Source: Chiloscyllium plagiosum (Eukaryota). From it: 64,000 nucleotides of DNA. How positions within the stretch are numbered: the first letter of the stretch is position 1; every line of letters starts with the position of its first letter. Location: contig NC_057718.1 in the NCBI RefSeq assembly GCF_004010195.1, forward strand, positions 78,666,935 to 78,730,934, written 5' to 3'. The position numbers were made by a program, and so were the translations under genes. The notes under the pieces were generated by a model. It was not told the origin of the DNA. It did not search any database and saw only the letters and a list, made by a program, of their open reading frames with translations. This document shows, one piece after another, positions 25,919-37,888 of the stretch.

Positions 25919-26025
25919 CTTGTTTCTCATAAAGAATGACATTTGGTTTTCTCACCACTGATTGTGTATGACTATTATCTGCTGTAGTGATACATTCTTG
26001 ATTCTTCTGAGTGAAGAGGAATGCT
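25919..26025 (-). CDS. plg: Plasminogen exon 3 (PAN domain, second part), 107 bp
   Basis: tttgtcag|...|gtaatt. Encodes AFLFTQKNQECITTADNSHTQSVVRKPNVILYEKQ, colinear with human [35 protein letters not shown]; phases match neighbouring exons. Confidence 0.96.
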
Positions 26026-27371
26026 CTGACAAATAAAACATACAATGAGAAATATTATGAGATAAAATGCAATATGAATAATTCTGACTTTAGTGTAAAA
26101 AATGTGATATTGGATCAGCACCCATCATACGTCCCCTGGTTTCACTTTAAGTGAAAACAAACAATCGGCTCTTGACCCAATATTAACATTCATGAAAACG
26201 ACTCCCAATAATATAGCTGAGGCTAAACCAATCCAAGCCAACATAATTAGATAATGAAGGAAACTTAAAATTATCAAATTTAAAACACTATTTAGCAGAA
26301 ATCAAAAATTAATTTTAAAGCACTAGTATGAAAAGCAATAGGTTTACTTGCTAGTTCAGAACTAAGTTTACTAGATTTGCAATGTACTTATTTTCGCAAG
26401 ATATACTTGAGGACTAGAAATGACTCCATTTTAATAGTCTGCTGCTTAGCACCAATTTTCAGGGAATTTCCATTGCTTCAAAGTAGTGTTTGACTGGCTT
26501 AAAATTAATAGTTTCAAATGTCTCCATTAAGAGACAAAATAATGATACAGAGATGTGCTAAGTACTAGTTAGTTTATATTGGTAAATCATCTTAGTCCTT
26601 CACTCTCAGTCCAAGAATTTAGGGCTGTTATGTCCTTTTTTGGTGACAAAAATCTCTGAAAGTTTGGAGACAAAATGCTTATATTTACTGATTAGCCCTT
26701 TCAAAAGCATGGTTCAGTAAACCTATATAGGTTACTTGATGAAAACAGGTCATTAAGCAGTGTCTGGGTAACATTTATCTGCCATGTTTTAATAACCAAT
26801 CTAAATTTCATGTAATGCAGAGCTATGTCAAAAACTAAATGAACAGTGGACTATTCTGCTTGGTCCCAGTTCAGACAAGACATCTACAATCTAAGTATGA
26901 ACCTGGTTTCTGCTTTAAAGAAAGACTTGTTCCTTTCATCTCATGAAGTACGAAAATGCATTACAGCCAATTAAATATTTTGAAGTGTAGGCAGTTGCAC
27001 AGCTACTCCTGCAAGTAGCAATAAATTGCCAGATAATAGATTTTTCTTGAGGGAGATTGTCAGGACATTGAGTAAGAACTCACTTGCTGCACAAAATTTG
27101 TGGCAAAGACTGTTTCATTAATCTGAGAGTAAAGATGGAGTCCTGGTTAAATGAGTCAACAGAAAGGTGACATCTCTGACAGTGTAGCACAACGAAAAAC
27201 TGGACTGGAGTGTTAATGTAAGATTTTTGTGTTCATGTTTCTGGAGCAAACCCACAATAATTTGAGTCCCAGGCAATAGAATAACAGCTAATTTTTTTTT
27301 ACAAATATGCTGATAGTCCGTTATGTACTTCAATCATTATCTATATTCTATCAATAAAGTGAAAAATATAC

Positions 27372-27507
27372 CTGCAAAGAAATTGGCTTTCTGAATTACA
27401 TTTTTGTGCACATTTCTCTACATTGACTGCTGGATATTTTGACTCTCGTGCAGAATAAATCCAGGCCCCTTGTGTTTTTACATATTCAGTCAGTATATTA
27501 CTTCTTA
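27372..27507 (-). CDS. plg: Plasminogen exon 2 (PAN/apple domain, first part), 136 bp
   Basis: ttttttgtacag|...|gtatat. Encodes (V)RSNILTEYVKTQGAWIYSARESKYPAVNVEKCAQKCNSESQFLCR, colinear with human [43 protein letters not shown]. Confidence 0.96.
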
Positions 27508-27600
27508 CTGTACAAAAAAAAAGACATTTTGGTAATATGCTTTCTTTATAAAAATATGCATTATACAAAACCATCCGAACGAATTATTAGTTTCACTTAC

Positions 27601-27646
27601 CAAAACATAAGAAACTGAGAAAAAGGAGCCCTGTGGAAATCAGCAT
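27601..27646 (-). CDS. plg: Plasminogen exon 1 coding part (signal peptide)
   Basis: Minus strand ATG CTG ATT TCC ACA GGG CTC CTT TTT CTC AGT TTC TTA TGT TTT G|gtaagt = MLISTGLLFLSFLCF, a hydrophobic signal peptide with a strong donor. Phase 1 joins exon 2 in frame across a 93 bp intron. Confidence 0.88.
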
Positions 27647-27790
27647 TTTAATCCTGATTTGAACCACTTTAGAAACCCCTGGTATGGCAATGGGTCTTAT
27701 TTACTGACTGAGGACTTTGCATCACCAAATAAATAAGCTTGGGCCAAAAGAGCAACTTTACATGTTGAGGTAGTAAATCATTCTCTAAGC
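27647..27790 (-). promoter_or_regulatory. Putative plg 5' UTR / proximal promoter with liver-factor-like motifs
   Basis: Directly upstream of the ATG: TATTTAC (27698-27704, FoxA-like), GGACTTTG (27712-27719, HNF4-like CAAAGTCC on minus) and a weak HNF1-like GTAAATCATT near 27773. All are short motifs and chance matches are possible. Confidence 0.35.
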
Positions 27791-29529
27791 AAAGGTGGCA
27801 AATACTTGCCAACATTACCTGAGAGATTCAGAAAACTTTCAGAAATCTTGCTCATTTTAGGAGAAGGCATTAATGTTTCAGTTTGATTGTCTTGTTATTT
27901 TCATTTGACTTTCATTAATTCAACAACATCTCTTCTTTTTGAACACTTTTAAGAGCAAATAGAGACAAATGGTCATGATGTACATGCTGATTGGGTAGCA
28001 TTGGACCTAAAGTCCTACCTTCATTTCATAAAGGGAAACCACAAAAACAAAGCTGTACCATGCCAGTGGTAGAGGTAGATACATTCTCATAAATCTGTGC
28101 AGAGATATTATTACACAGCGCTGGGGGAGGTGGGTCTCAAAGCCAGGCTTCCCAGCTCAGAAGTGGGGACACTACCACTGTGTCACGAGAACTCCACCTG
28201 CTGCTGCTACTACTTGAAAAGCCTAAAATGGCATCATCTGTGCTTCCAGTCACTTTCAACCTCCTGATGTGAAGAACACTAATGCAGGAGATGGCACCTG
28301 TGCATCAGAAGTAAACAAAATGGAGAATATGTTACAGCCAATCCAGCTGATGGTCTGTTTATTCTTAACTTGGTCTATGCAAGTTTACTGAATACCAGTG
28401 CTAATCACTTACAACAAATCATGTATTCAGCAGCATCAGGAGTCTGCCACCAATATTGTTTACAGGACCAATTATCAACTTGTAGGTGACGTACTTCTGA
28501 TATATTGATGTTTAGGCAAAGATAATGGAAGTATCGTGGATTGTATTTCGAGCTTTGTTGATGAGCTGCTGCATGCTTTTTGGGAAGGCAATGGGTTTTG
28601 GTGGTTCAACTCTGCATGAAGTATGGGGACTGTATTTCCAGTGTCTCTGGATCTGGTTGGAGGAGCTGGACTCTCCACAGAAGTCCCTAGCTACTAAGAG
28701 TTTATCAAGAATCCTTCTTCTACCGTCACTTGACACGGGAGCAATTCCTCAGGCATCTCAGGTTTACTAAGGAGGTGGTTGCATAACTGTGTCATTTTGG
28801 CAAGTTGCTGTCTGCAAGGTTATGCTAGCTTAGCAAATTCACCTCATCACCCATGCATCACATCATTATGGTATCCTAGTCATCCTATTCTCCCACTCAC
28901 CGTTATGCAAAATATTTACACTACCAGGACATTCCAAGATCCCTGGTGCAAGGAGCCTGTTTGAAGACCAGTTGTGCACATAGTCTAGTGTTGGCAGTCT
29001 GGAATTGCCCTTCACTCTGCATGTAGTGGGAGACCAAGCATAAACCAACACTTCTCAGGGCACATGGGTGGGATGGCCAAAGTTCCATTGTGCACACAGT
29101 CCTACATCTATCTCTATTTAGGAACCAAACCGCATAGATTACACGGCCTTAGCCATATCCTAACTCACAACCCTAAGTCAGAATTATTCTTTGTCCAATG
29201 TCAGTTGTGGTCCAGTATCAACTCATTGTTCAATATGGAAGCGTCACATATAGAAAAGCCTTCAAACAGTTCAGAAAGAAATAATATAACAAACAGAAGC
29301 TACTTTAGGGAAGAGTCAGGGTCCACTTGCCCTTTCAGCACCAACAAATTTACCATCAATGAGTGATCACTACACCCAGCTCTCAGGTGTGTGGTGCAGG
29401 CTCAAAGGGCAGAATGGCCTACTCCTGCACCTATTGTCTATTGTCATCTATTGGAATTGGCTGTCAATTCAACCCTGTTTGGCTTGTGCCTGAAGTTGCT
29501 GCGTTGAATCATATTGAAAATAAAATGTT

Positions 29530-30683
29530 GACAAGATTTCACAAGGTAAACTAATTAGTAAAGTTAGATCATGTGGGATTTAGAGAGAGCTTGCCAGCTG
29601 AATACAAAATTGGCTTGACAATAGGAGGCAGAGGCTGATGGGGTGGGTTGTTTTTCAGACTGGAGGCCTGTGACTAGCTGTGTTCCATAGGGATCAATGT
29701 TGGGTCCACTTTTGTTTGTCATTTACGTAAACAATTTGGGTGAGATTTTAGGAGGCATAGTTTATAAGTTTGTGGATGACACCAAAACTTGTGGCGTAGT
29801 CAGTAATGAAGAAGGTTATCTAAGTTACAATGGGATCTTGATCAATTGGGCCAATGGACTGAGAACTGGCAGTTGAAGTTTGATTTGAATAAACATGAAG
29901 TATTGCAATTTGGTAAAACAAACAAGGGCAGGATGTGTATAATTAATGGTCAGGCTCTGGGTTGTTGAAAAGAGAGATCTGGGGGTTCAGGTACATAGTA
30001 CTTTGGAAGTTATGTCTCAGGTAGAAAGGGTGGTTAGGAAAGCTTTTAGCACACTTGCCTTTATTGCTCAAATCATTGAGTGTAGGATTTGGGACGTCAT
30101 GTTGCATTTGTATAGGATGTTTGTGAGACCACTTTTGGAGTATTGTGTACAGTTCTGGTTGCCCTGCTATAGGTCAGGTATTATTAAATTTGAGACAGTT
30201 CAGAAAAGATTTGCCAGGATGTTGCCAGTTCTGCAAGGTTTGAATTATAAGGTGAGAATGAAATGCTGGGACAGGTTTTCCACTGGAGTGTAGGAGGTTG
30301 AGGGAAGACCTTATAGAGGTTTATAAAATTGTGAGGGGCACAGATAAGGTGAATAGCATCGGTCTTTTCCCTAGGTTGAAGGAATTCAAAACTAGGGGGC
30401 ATATTTTTAAGGTGAGAGGAGAAAGATTTACAAGGGACTTGAGGTGCAACCTTTTCAAACACAGGATGGTTCTTATGTGGAGTGAAATACCAGAAGAAGT
30501 GATAAATGCAAGTACAGTTACAATATTTTAAAAACATTTGGACACGTACATGAATAGGAAATATTTAGGGGGATATAGACCAAATGCAAGCAGGAGGCAC
30601 TAGGTTAGTTTGGGAAACTTTGTCGGCATGGATGAGTTGGACTGAAGGACCTGTTTCCATACTGTACGATTTTATGACTCTAT
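29530..30683 (+). mobile_element. CR1 LINE (RT to 3' tail)
   Basis: CR1 ORF2 motifs VRPLLEYCVQFWLPCYR and REDLIEVYKIVRG; tatgactcta tail. Confidence 0.9.
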
Positions 30684-30684
30684 T

Positions 30685-31590
30685 AAGTGAATTGATTGAA
30701 TGATTTTTTGTCGACTGCGTTTTACAGTGAATAATACAGCAACTGTTGCTCAATCGGATACCATTTTAAATTGTTTAAGAATAAAAAGATTAAAAAGATA
30801 TGACTGAAAGAGAGTCTATCTTCATTCTACTCCCTCTGACAATGGGTTCTGAGCCAGCTCACCAACAACACTTGCGCCTCCAGTCTTTCTCCAATGCCTC
30901 ACTGCTGCCTGCCTCTGACCCAGCAAATAGGAGACACCCCTGTTTAGACACCATCTCTTCACCACTGGACCCACTATGCTGTTGCTGCTGCTGATGCTGG
31001 GTCCCATATCAATCCCACACCTGCCTTGCAATCAGGAGTCTCAGGCACTATTGTCGCCTCGCCAATACTTAGTAGTTATCAACTCTGGGCCTACTGCAAC
31101 CAGGAGCTACTATCACAACCTCGCCAATAATCAGATGTTCCCTGGCTCCTCTGCCAGACCAAGCCAGGCTGCCGCCTTGTCAAGAATCCCGCTCTGGCCG
31201 CCCTCCTCCATGATGTCACTTTGCCAACACACTGCCAGCTTGAAAGGTCCACTGCCACCACTGGGGCCTCCAATCTTTGGAGAAGCTTTACCACTGCTGC
31301 CGCCCTCCAAGGCTGGGAGGACATCCTTGCTGCCACTGTTGCTGCCACTGCCTCCAATTTCTGGGAGGAGCCGTGTCTGCCACCATCATCTCCAACCACT
31401 GGGAGGCTGCCCCATTCGGCACATGGCCTACTCTTGCTGCTGTGCCAAAAATAGAAAAACAAACAAGAAAATGAAAGAGAAAAAAAAAGGAGTAGAAATA
31501 AAAGAATAAAGAAAGAAAGAAAGCAGACGGGAGTGGATGAGCCCTGGACTCAGAGCTCACACACAACCCTGCTACTCCTCCACCACCTTG
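30685..31590 (-). mobile_element. Possible non-autonomous LINE-derived element (5' UTR-like GC-rich body plus short tail)
   Basis: Minus strand starts caaggtggtggaggagtagc, has a pyrimidine tract and GC-rich body, and ends cactgtaaaacgcagtcgacaaaaaatcattcaatcaattc. Family assignment is uncertain. Confidence 0.3.
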
Positions 31591-31609
31591 AACAGGACAG
31601 AAATGTCTA

Positions 31610-32225
31610 TGACTAGTCTGACCAAGGTCATTGGTTCCAATGTGAATGGCGACTACTGGAACCCTCCCTTCCCTCTCCAAGACCTCCTTCAGCCCTGTTT
31701 AACTCTGACACTGGGAGAAAGTGAGGACTAGAGTTGGAGAGTTGGAATCAAAAAGTGTAGGCCTGGAAAAGCACAGCAGGTCAGGCAGCATCCATGAACG
31801 TTAACTCTCCTGCTCCTCGGATGTTGCCTGACCTGTTGTGCTTTTCCAACGCCACACTTTTCGACTCTAACTCTGGCAGTGGACAGGCAATGTAGCTTTG
31901 CGATTCCTGTTTACCATGGCAGAAAACATTAGCTATCCCTTTGATCGTACTGTGCCCAAATACAACTACACTCCTATTCTCTGCTCCCACTTGAATGGCA
32001 CCCTGCCTGTAGTTCCCACTCTTGACCACACAATTGTATTGGCCAAGTCCCCTCAATTTTTACCTCCTGTGCCCTCATATCGACTTCAGACCGTCCTGAT
32101 CCTGATCAAAAACAAATGTTGAAATGACGTAAAGTGCAGGGTGTCACCGTCCTCTGGAGCAAAGTGACCAGGCAACTTTTCCATTCCCTAATATCACACA
32201 ATATCTGCAGCACCAACTCCAGCTC
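31610..32225 (-). mobile_element. CR1 ORF1 remnant (SGNH esterase-like)
   Basis: RSVVVFGHSTIKG (G.S motif) and PVVAIHIGTNDLG (GTND motif). Confidence 0.65.
31714..31867. mobile_element. Penelope-like palindromic insertion, family A (older, centre deleted)
   Basis: Inverted arms; degenerate TSD TAACTCTGACACTG (31700-31713) / TAACTCTGGCAGTG (31868-31881). Confidence 0.75.
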
Positions 32226-33954
32226 CTTTTTATAAATTACAAGCTTTGGTAAACCCAGATCTGCTAAAAATCGGTTCACATGTGTTACAAATTCCTAAAG
32301 GTCACTGTCTAAATTAGTTCCCTCAATGAGCAGGGCCCAGTGGGGTCCCTTCTTGCAGACAGCATGGTGGCTTCTTTCCAGCCAGTAACTGGGCGGGGGT
32401 CCAAGGCACACTCTTAACAATCACCTGACTTAAGATCCCAGAATTCATCAAGCTCCAATTTCAGTCATGTGACAAAGAAATACATTGTAGATGCTCATGA
32501 CCTCCTGGCCTCCCATCACCCCTTCCAAGCCAATTGGAAAGTCATTAAGATAGTGTGCTATTGCTTCCTGTATCATATCAAAGTTTCCATTGCGAAAGAA
32601 GGAGTTAAACTAAAGCATTGGCACCCCTTCTTATCATAATGAGTCTTGATGTTTATTCTTCTGTTCAGAGCTGGATGGAGGCTGAGCCATTTGTCAGCTT
32701 TAGCTGGGATAACTATACAATATGTGAGAGATCAGAAGCTTCTGGAAATATGATCCTGTAGTTAGCTTTTGCCATTTTGAGTCCATCAAGATTGCCCATT
32801 TTTAAAAGGAATAGGACTTAAGCCTGAAAATATCGAAAAGAATACATTTGTCTTTGGCATTTTCCTTTGTGCCCTCTGGCCTTGATAAAACAAACTGAGT
32901 ACAAATAGAAATAACTTCAATCTGGTCACTTATACAGACATAGCTGCAGGATGACATGGAGCGAGACCTGAATATTGAAAAGGTATAGGACATAAAGCAG
33001 GAAAAGGAAGCTTGGAAAAGTGGAGGAGTGGCTTTGTTAATGACATTAGAACATTGGACAGAAATTACCCAAGTTCAGGAAACTAGGATGTGGGAATAGG
33101 TGTGGGTACATATGAGAAAGGAAGGCTATAACTCACTGGTAGGAGTGAATTGTAGGCCCCTAAAAGTAACGATATCGTACATATAATATCAATAGGAATA
33201 ATGAGAACTTGTCCGAAACGAGGTGATAATCTTTTGAGATCTTAATCATTTTGCAGACAGTGATCATGACGGATTGTTATGGAAAGGGACAAGGATGGGC
33301 CTGAAATCAAAGTTCTCAATTGAGGAAGGCTGATTTAATAGGATCAGATATGATTTGAGATCAAAACAGCAGAAGTTGTACAAGAGGGAATTTAAAAAGA
33401 TGATTAGGAAAGTTAAATGTGATCATGAAAGGATATTGCGGGTTAAATAAAGGAAAATCTTACGCTATTTTACAGGTACATTAAGGGTAAAAGGATAACA
33501 AGGGAAAATGTAAGGCCCATTAAGAACCACAGCAGTAATTTGTGCATGGAGCCAGAGGATGTAGGTCGGGTTCTAAATGAATACTTCAGGTCAGTGTTCA
33601 TTAGTGAGACGGATGTTATGGGTATAGAAGTCAGGGAGGACTGTGATATAATTACAGAAATTAGCATAGACAGAGAGGAGGTTCTGAGTGTTCTGGTAGA
33701 TTTAATAGTAGATAAATCTCCAGGGCTGCATGAAATATATCTCAGAGGTGACCAAGTGTGTAGATGACAGCAATGCTTTTGATGTAGTCTACTTGGATTT
33801 CAGCAAGGCTCTTGATAAAGCTCTGCATGGGAGTCTGACTGCAAATGTAAGAGCAAATAGGATCCAAGGAAATAGACAAACTGGATCCACAAATGGATGA
33901 ATGGCAGGAAGCGGATGGTGGTGGTTGAGTGAATTATTTCTGACTGGAAGTCTG

Positions 33955-34070
33955 TGCTTATGCCCGAAACTTCGATTCTCCTGTTCCCTGGATGCTGCCT
34001 GACCTGCTGCGCTTTTCCAGCAACACATTTTCAGCTCTGATCTCCAGCATCTGCAGACCTCACTTTCTCC
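33955..34070 (+). mobile_element. Penelope-like family A single arm
   Basis: gcttatgcccgaaacttcgattctcc...gacctcactttctcc, same family as 15010-15136. Confidence 0.85.
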
Positions 34071-34219
34071 TCCAGTGAGATCACACAGAGAGTGTGAGGA
34101 CACTCACTATTTGTAGTTTATAGAATTGATTAACACTTGAATGTCAGAAGGTTGATCAGTAAGTTCGCAGATGATACAAAAATGGGTGGGGTAGTAATAA
34201 TGAGGAGGATAAAGAGATG

Positions 34220-34440
34220 GAAATGTGTTGCTGGAAAAGCGCAGCAGGTCAGGCAGCATCTAGGGAACAGGAGGGGAGGGGAAATGAGGGAACTGGTGAA
34301 ATCCGAGTTCATCCCTTGTGGTTGGAGGGTTCCTAGCCGGAAGATGAGGCGTTCTTCCTCCAACCGTCGTTTCGCTGTGTGCTGAATTTGATGGATTTGA
34401 CTGAGACAGGCTGGGGGGAGGGGAAATGAGGAAACTGGTG
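34220..34440 (-). mobile_element. Penelope-like family A fragment with GIY-YIG endonuclease C-terminus
   Basis: RRLEEERLIFRLGTLQPQGMNSDFTS, the L.P.G(L/M)N C-terminal motif of PLE GIY-YIG domains, fused to the family A repeat. Confidence 0.78.
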
Positions 34441-36320
34441 CTGAATGAGGAGGATAGCCTTGGATGACAAAAGGCTATAAATGGGCTTGTCAGGTGAGCT
34501 GAATAGTGGCAAATGGAATTCAGTCTACACAAATATGAGGACACTTGGACTTGGACAAACAAAGGAAGGGAATACATGAAAAACAGTAGGGCCCTGAGAA
34601 ACGATGAGGATCAGAGGAATCCTGGTGGCATGTACACTGGTTCCTCAACTTGTCAGGACAGCTGGATAAAGTGGTTATGAAGGCATATGGGATCCTTGCC
34701 CTTAATAGCTGAGGCACTGAGTTTAAGAACACAAGGGTTATGCAGGAATCGTACAGAACATTAGTTAGGCCATGGCTAGCACATTATGTGCAGATCTGGA
34801 ATCCACATTATTGGACTGATGTGATAGCATTGGAGAGGGTGCATGGGAGATTTATCATGATGTTCTCTGGGCAGGAGAGTTTCAGTTATGAAGAGAGATT
34901 GGATAGACTGTGGATGTTTTCCTTAGAGTAGAGGAGATTGAAAGGAGACATGACTGAGATGTATAAAGTTCTGAGGGCAGAGATAATGTAGACAGGAAGA
35001 AAATATTTCTTTTGATGGAGGGAACAATGACAAGAGGCATACATTTTAATGTAAGCTGCAGAAGGTTTGGAGGAAATTTGAGGAAAACGTTTTCACCCAG
35101 AGAGTGGTGGGGATCTGGAACTCACTGCCTGTAAGGGTAGTGCAGAAATTCTCATAATATTTAAGAAGTATTTACTTGTTCACTTGCGATGCCAAGATAA
35201 ACACAACAAAGTGCTGGAAAATGGGATCATAATCATTAGATGGTGGTTTTTGACCAGCACCAACTCAATAGGTCAAAGGGACTTTTTCTGGTTGAGAGAT
35301 CTCCAATCCACGTAGACATTGTAAAAGTAAGATGGGCAAAAATTGGCCTAGATGAGAAATGCATTGAGTGTATTTGGGATCGTTTCTTAAAAGGGCATCT
35401 TCTGGGCCAACCAGAGAGCTGGTTACATTTAAGTTGTTTTATGCAGTAAGTTAGAACTAATTAATAACCTCACGGTGAAGTCACCCCAAATTAAAAGTAA
35501 CTGTAATATGATTGAATTTTACATTCAGTTTATGGGAGAAAAGAATGTGTCTGAGATTATTTTTGAAAATTTAAATGAAAACAATTGTGTGATTATGGAA
35601 TCAGAACTGAATGAATGGAGTATTAGGCTAATTGGGTTAAAGAATAAGTCCGTACAGATGCAGATATTGAAAATAATACCTCAGAATACTTATATGTTCT
35701 TGATGTAATGAAAAAAAAGTACTTTATATGTAATCATCAGTAGATATAATTATATATTCATATATTTCAAAATGTAGAAATCTTTGAACAGTATTCAAGA
35801 TACTTTCAAAGAGTAAGAAAAAAATTCCCCAGAGGTCAAACTGTAATTGTGCAAAACAGGTGGCAGGTCAGAATAATAGACAGAATATAAAGATAAAAAG
35901 AAAATAATTAGGAAAGGGGGAAAATTAAATTGCAAGTGAAAGCTAACCAGAATACTCAAAATGTACAGTAAGCATTTCAATAAACGTTTAAAGAAAAGGC
36001 AAAAGCTGACTGAATGTTATATAAAGTGAGATTGGAAAATTAATAATGTTAAGTGAATTGAACAGGCATACTATATCAATCTTTATTATAGAGGATGCAA
36101 GTAACATGTTAGAAGCAGTGATAAAATAGGAAGTAGAAGGGAAGGAATACCGCAGGACAATTATAATCACCAGATAGTTGGTGCTGAGTAATTGATTGGA
36201 GCTGCAGACTGACAAGCACTTGGGCTGTGATGAACTTCACAATGGAGTCTTAAACTAAATGGTCAGTGACATAGTTGATGAATTGGCTTTAATTTTCCAA
36301 ATCTCTTTATTTGGGAATGG

Positions 36321-36606
36321 GTTGAAACTTGGAGGCTGGTACAATTACAGCATTTAAGAGGCATTTGGATGGGTATATGAATAGTTGAAACTTTATTGCT
36401 GGAACAGCACAGCGGGTCAGGCAGCATCCAGGGAACAGGAGATTCGACGTTTCGGGCACAGGCCCTTCTTCAGAATCATTCCTGAAGAAGGGCCTGTGCC
36501 CGAAATGTCGAATCTCCTGTTCCCTGGATGCTGCCTGACCTGCTGCGCTGTTCCAGCAATAAAGTTTCAACTTTGATCTCCAGCATCTGCAGACCTCACT
36601 TTCTCC
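36321..36606. mobile_element. Penelope-like palindromic insertion, family A variant, with captured CR1 fragment
   Basis: 14 bp TSD TTATTTGGGAATGG at 36307-36320 and 36607-36620; near-perfect inverted arms 36384-36571; hammerhead cores on both strands at 36442-36513. Confidence 0.88.
36478..36513 (+). ncRNA. Minimal hammerhead ribozyme motif, family A
   Basis: auuc CUGAAGA A GGGC cugu GCCC GAAA UG UC gaau, with a 4 bp stem I (auuc/gaau). The minus-strand twin (36442-36476) keeps the palindromic ACGU. Confidence 0.68.
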
Positions 36607-37578
36607 TTATTTGGGAATGGTCCAATTAGATTTGAAAATACCAGAAGTAGTACCTTTCCTTAAAAAGAAAGGGAGCTGGAAAGTAGGAAACTGCAGGCCT
36701 GTTAGCTTAATACTGGTCAGAGGGCAAATGTTAGAAATTATTATGAAGGATACAACAGGAAACTTAGAAAGTTTCAAGGTAATCAGATAGAATCACTGAG
36801 GTTTTGTAAAAGGGAAATCATGTTTAACTAAACAACAGGAGTTCTTTGAGGAAATAATGTGCCATGGGTAGGAGAATTGGTGGAAGTACTGCAATAGGAT
36901 TCCCAGGTGGCATCTGATAAAGTGCCACATCAAAAGTTATAGTAGAAAGTAATGGATCTGTGGATGGCACACAGTCGATAACATTTGTTTATTCACCAAA
37001 CCAGTGATGAATTCTTGCATTAGTTTTGACATTAAGTTTGATCACTAATCAAATTGTACTTCCATTAGTAGACCATAAGTAAAAAACAGAGTTTTTCCAC
37101 TACCAGTTTAGCTCTGACTGTTCTTAAGGGAATTTATATCATGATTTATATAAATTATTTGGATGTGAATATAAGAGGCATGGTTAGTAAGTTTGCAATT
37201 GACACCAAACTTGGTGGTATTGCAGATGAAGAAGGTTACCAAGGAGTACAATGGGATCTTGATCAACTGGGCCTATGGGTCAAGGAATGGCAGATGGAGT
37301 TTAATACAGATAGATGCATTTTGGTAAAACAAATTAGGGCAAGACTTACACAGTCAATGGCAGAGCCCTAGGGAGTGTGGTTGAACAAAGAGACCTAGGT
37401 TTGCAGGGACATAGTTTCTTGAAAATGGCATCACAGTTAGCAGAGTGGTGAAGAAGACATTTGCCATGCTTGCCTTCATTGATCAGTATTTTTTGGAGAT
37501 ACCGGTGTTGGACTGGGGGGAACAAAGTTAAAAATCACACAACACCAGGTTATAGTCCAACAGGTTTAATTGGAAGCA

Positions 37579-37613
37579 CACTAGCTTTCGGAGCGACGCT
37601 CCTTCATCAGGTG
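37579..37613 (-). ncRNA. Minimal type I hammerhead ribozyme motif (antiparallel copy)
   Basis: Exact reverse complement of 37889-37923. Confidence 0.75.
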
Positions 37614-37888
37614 ATAGTGGAGGGCTCAATCCTAACGCACAGAATTTATAGCAAAACTTTACAGTGTGATGTAACTGAAATTATACATTGAAAAATTGAT
37701 TGTCTGTTAAGCCTTTCATCTGTTAGAATACAGTGATAGTTTCACTTCATGAAAGAAGTGAAACTATCGCTGTATTCTAACAGATGAAAGGCTTAACAGA
37801 CAATCAATTTTCAATGTAAAATTTCAGTTACATCACACTGTAAAGTTTTGCTATAAATTCTGTGCGTTAGGATTGAGCCCTCCACTAT

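Larger units (their letters stand above)
32870..35290 (+). mobile_element. CR1 LINE ORF2 (APE to 3' end), internally deleted, with nested PLE insertions
   Basis: APE remnants (GGGVAL, YRPP-like), RT LISKFADDTK, YRTLVRPWLAHYVQIWNPHY. Confidence 0.85.
35300..36970 (+). mobile_element. Old CR1 LINE ORF2 fragments
   Basis: Decayed RT N-terminal motifs (aactgcaggcctgttagcttaa, gggaaatcatgtttaactaa, gataaagtgccacatcaaa). Confidence 0.7.

Noticed and set aside
1852..27646. Alternative identity as HGF, MST1 or apolipoprotein(a)
   Set aside because: PAN sequence is gap-free colinear with plasminogen and kringle 2 starts EECM.CSGENY.GKIS. Exon sizes 136/107/115/140/121 match my recollection of PLG exons 2-6.
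28430..29380. Possible decayed coding or LINE sequence upstream of plg
   Set aside because: No motif I can assign; left unannotated.
30976..31509. 177 aa proline/leucine-rich ORF
   Set aside because: Low-complexity GC-rich repeat body with no splice or domain support.
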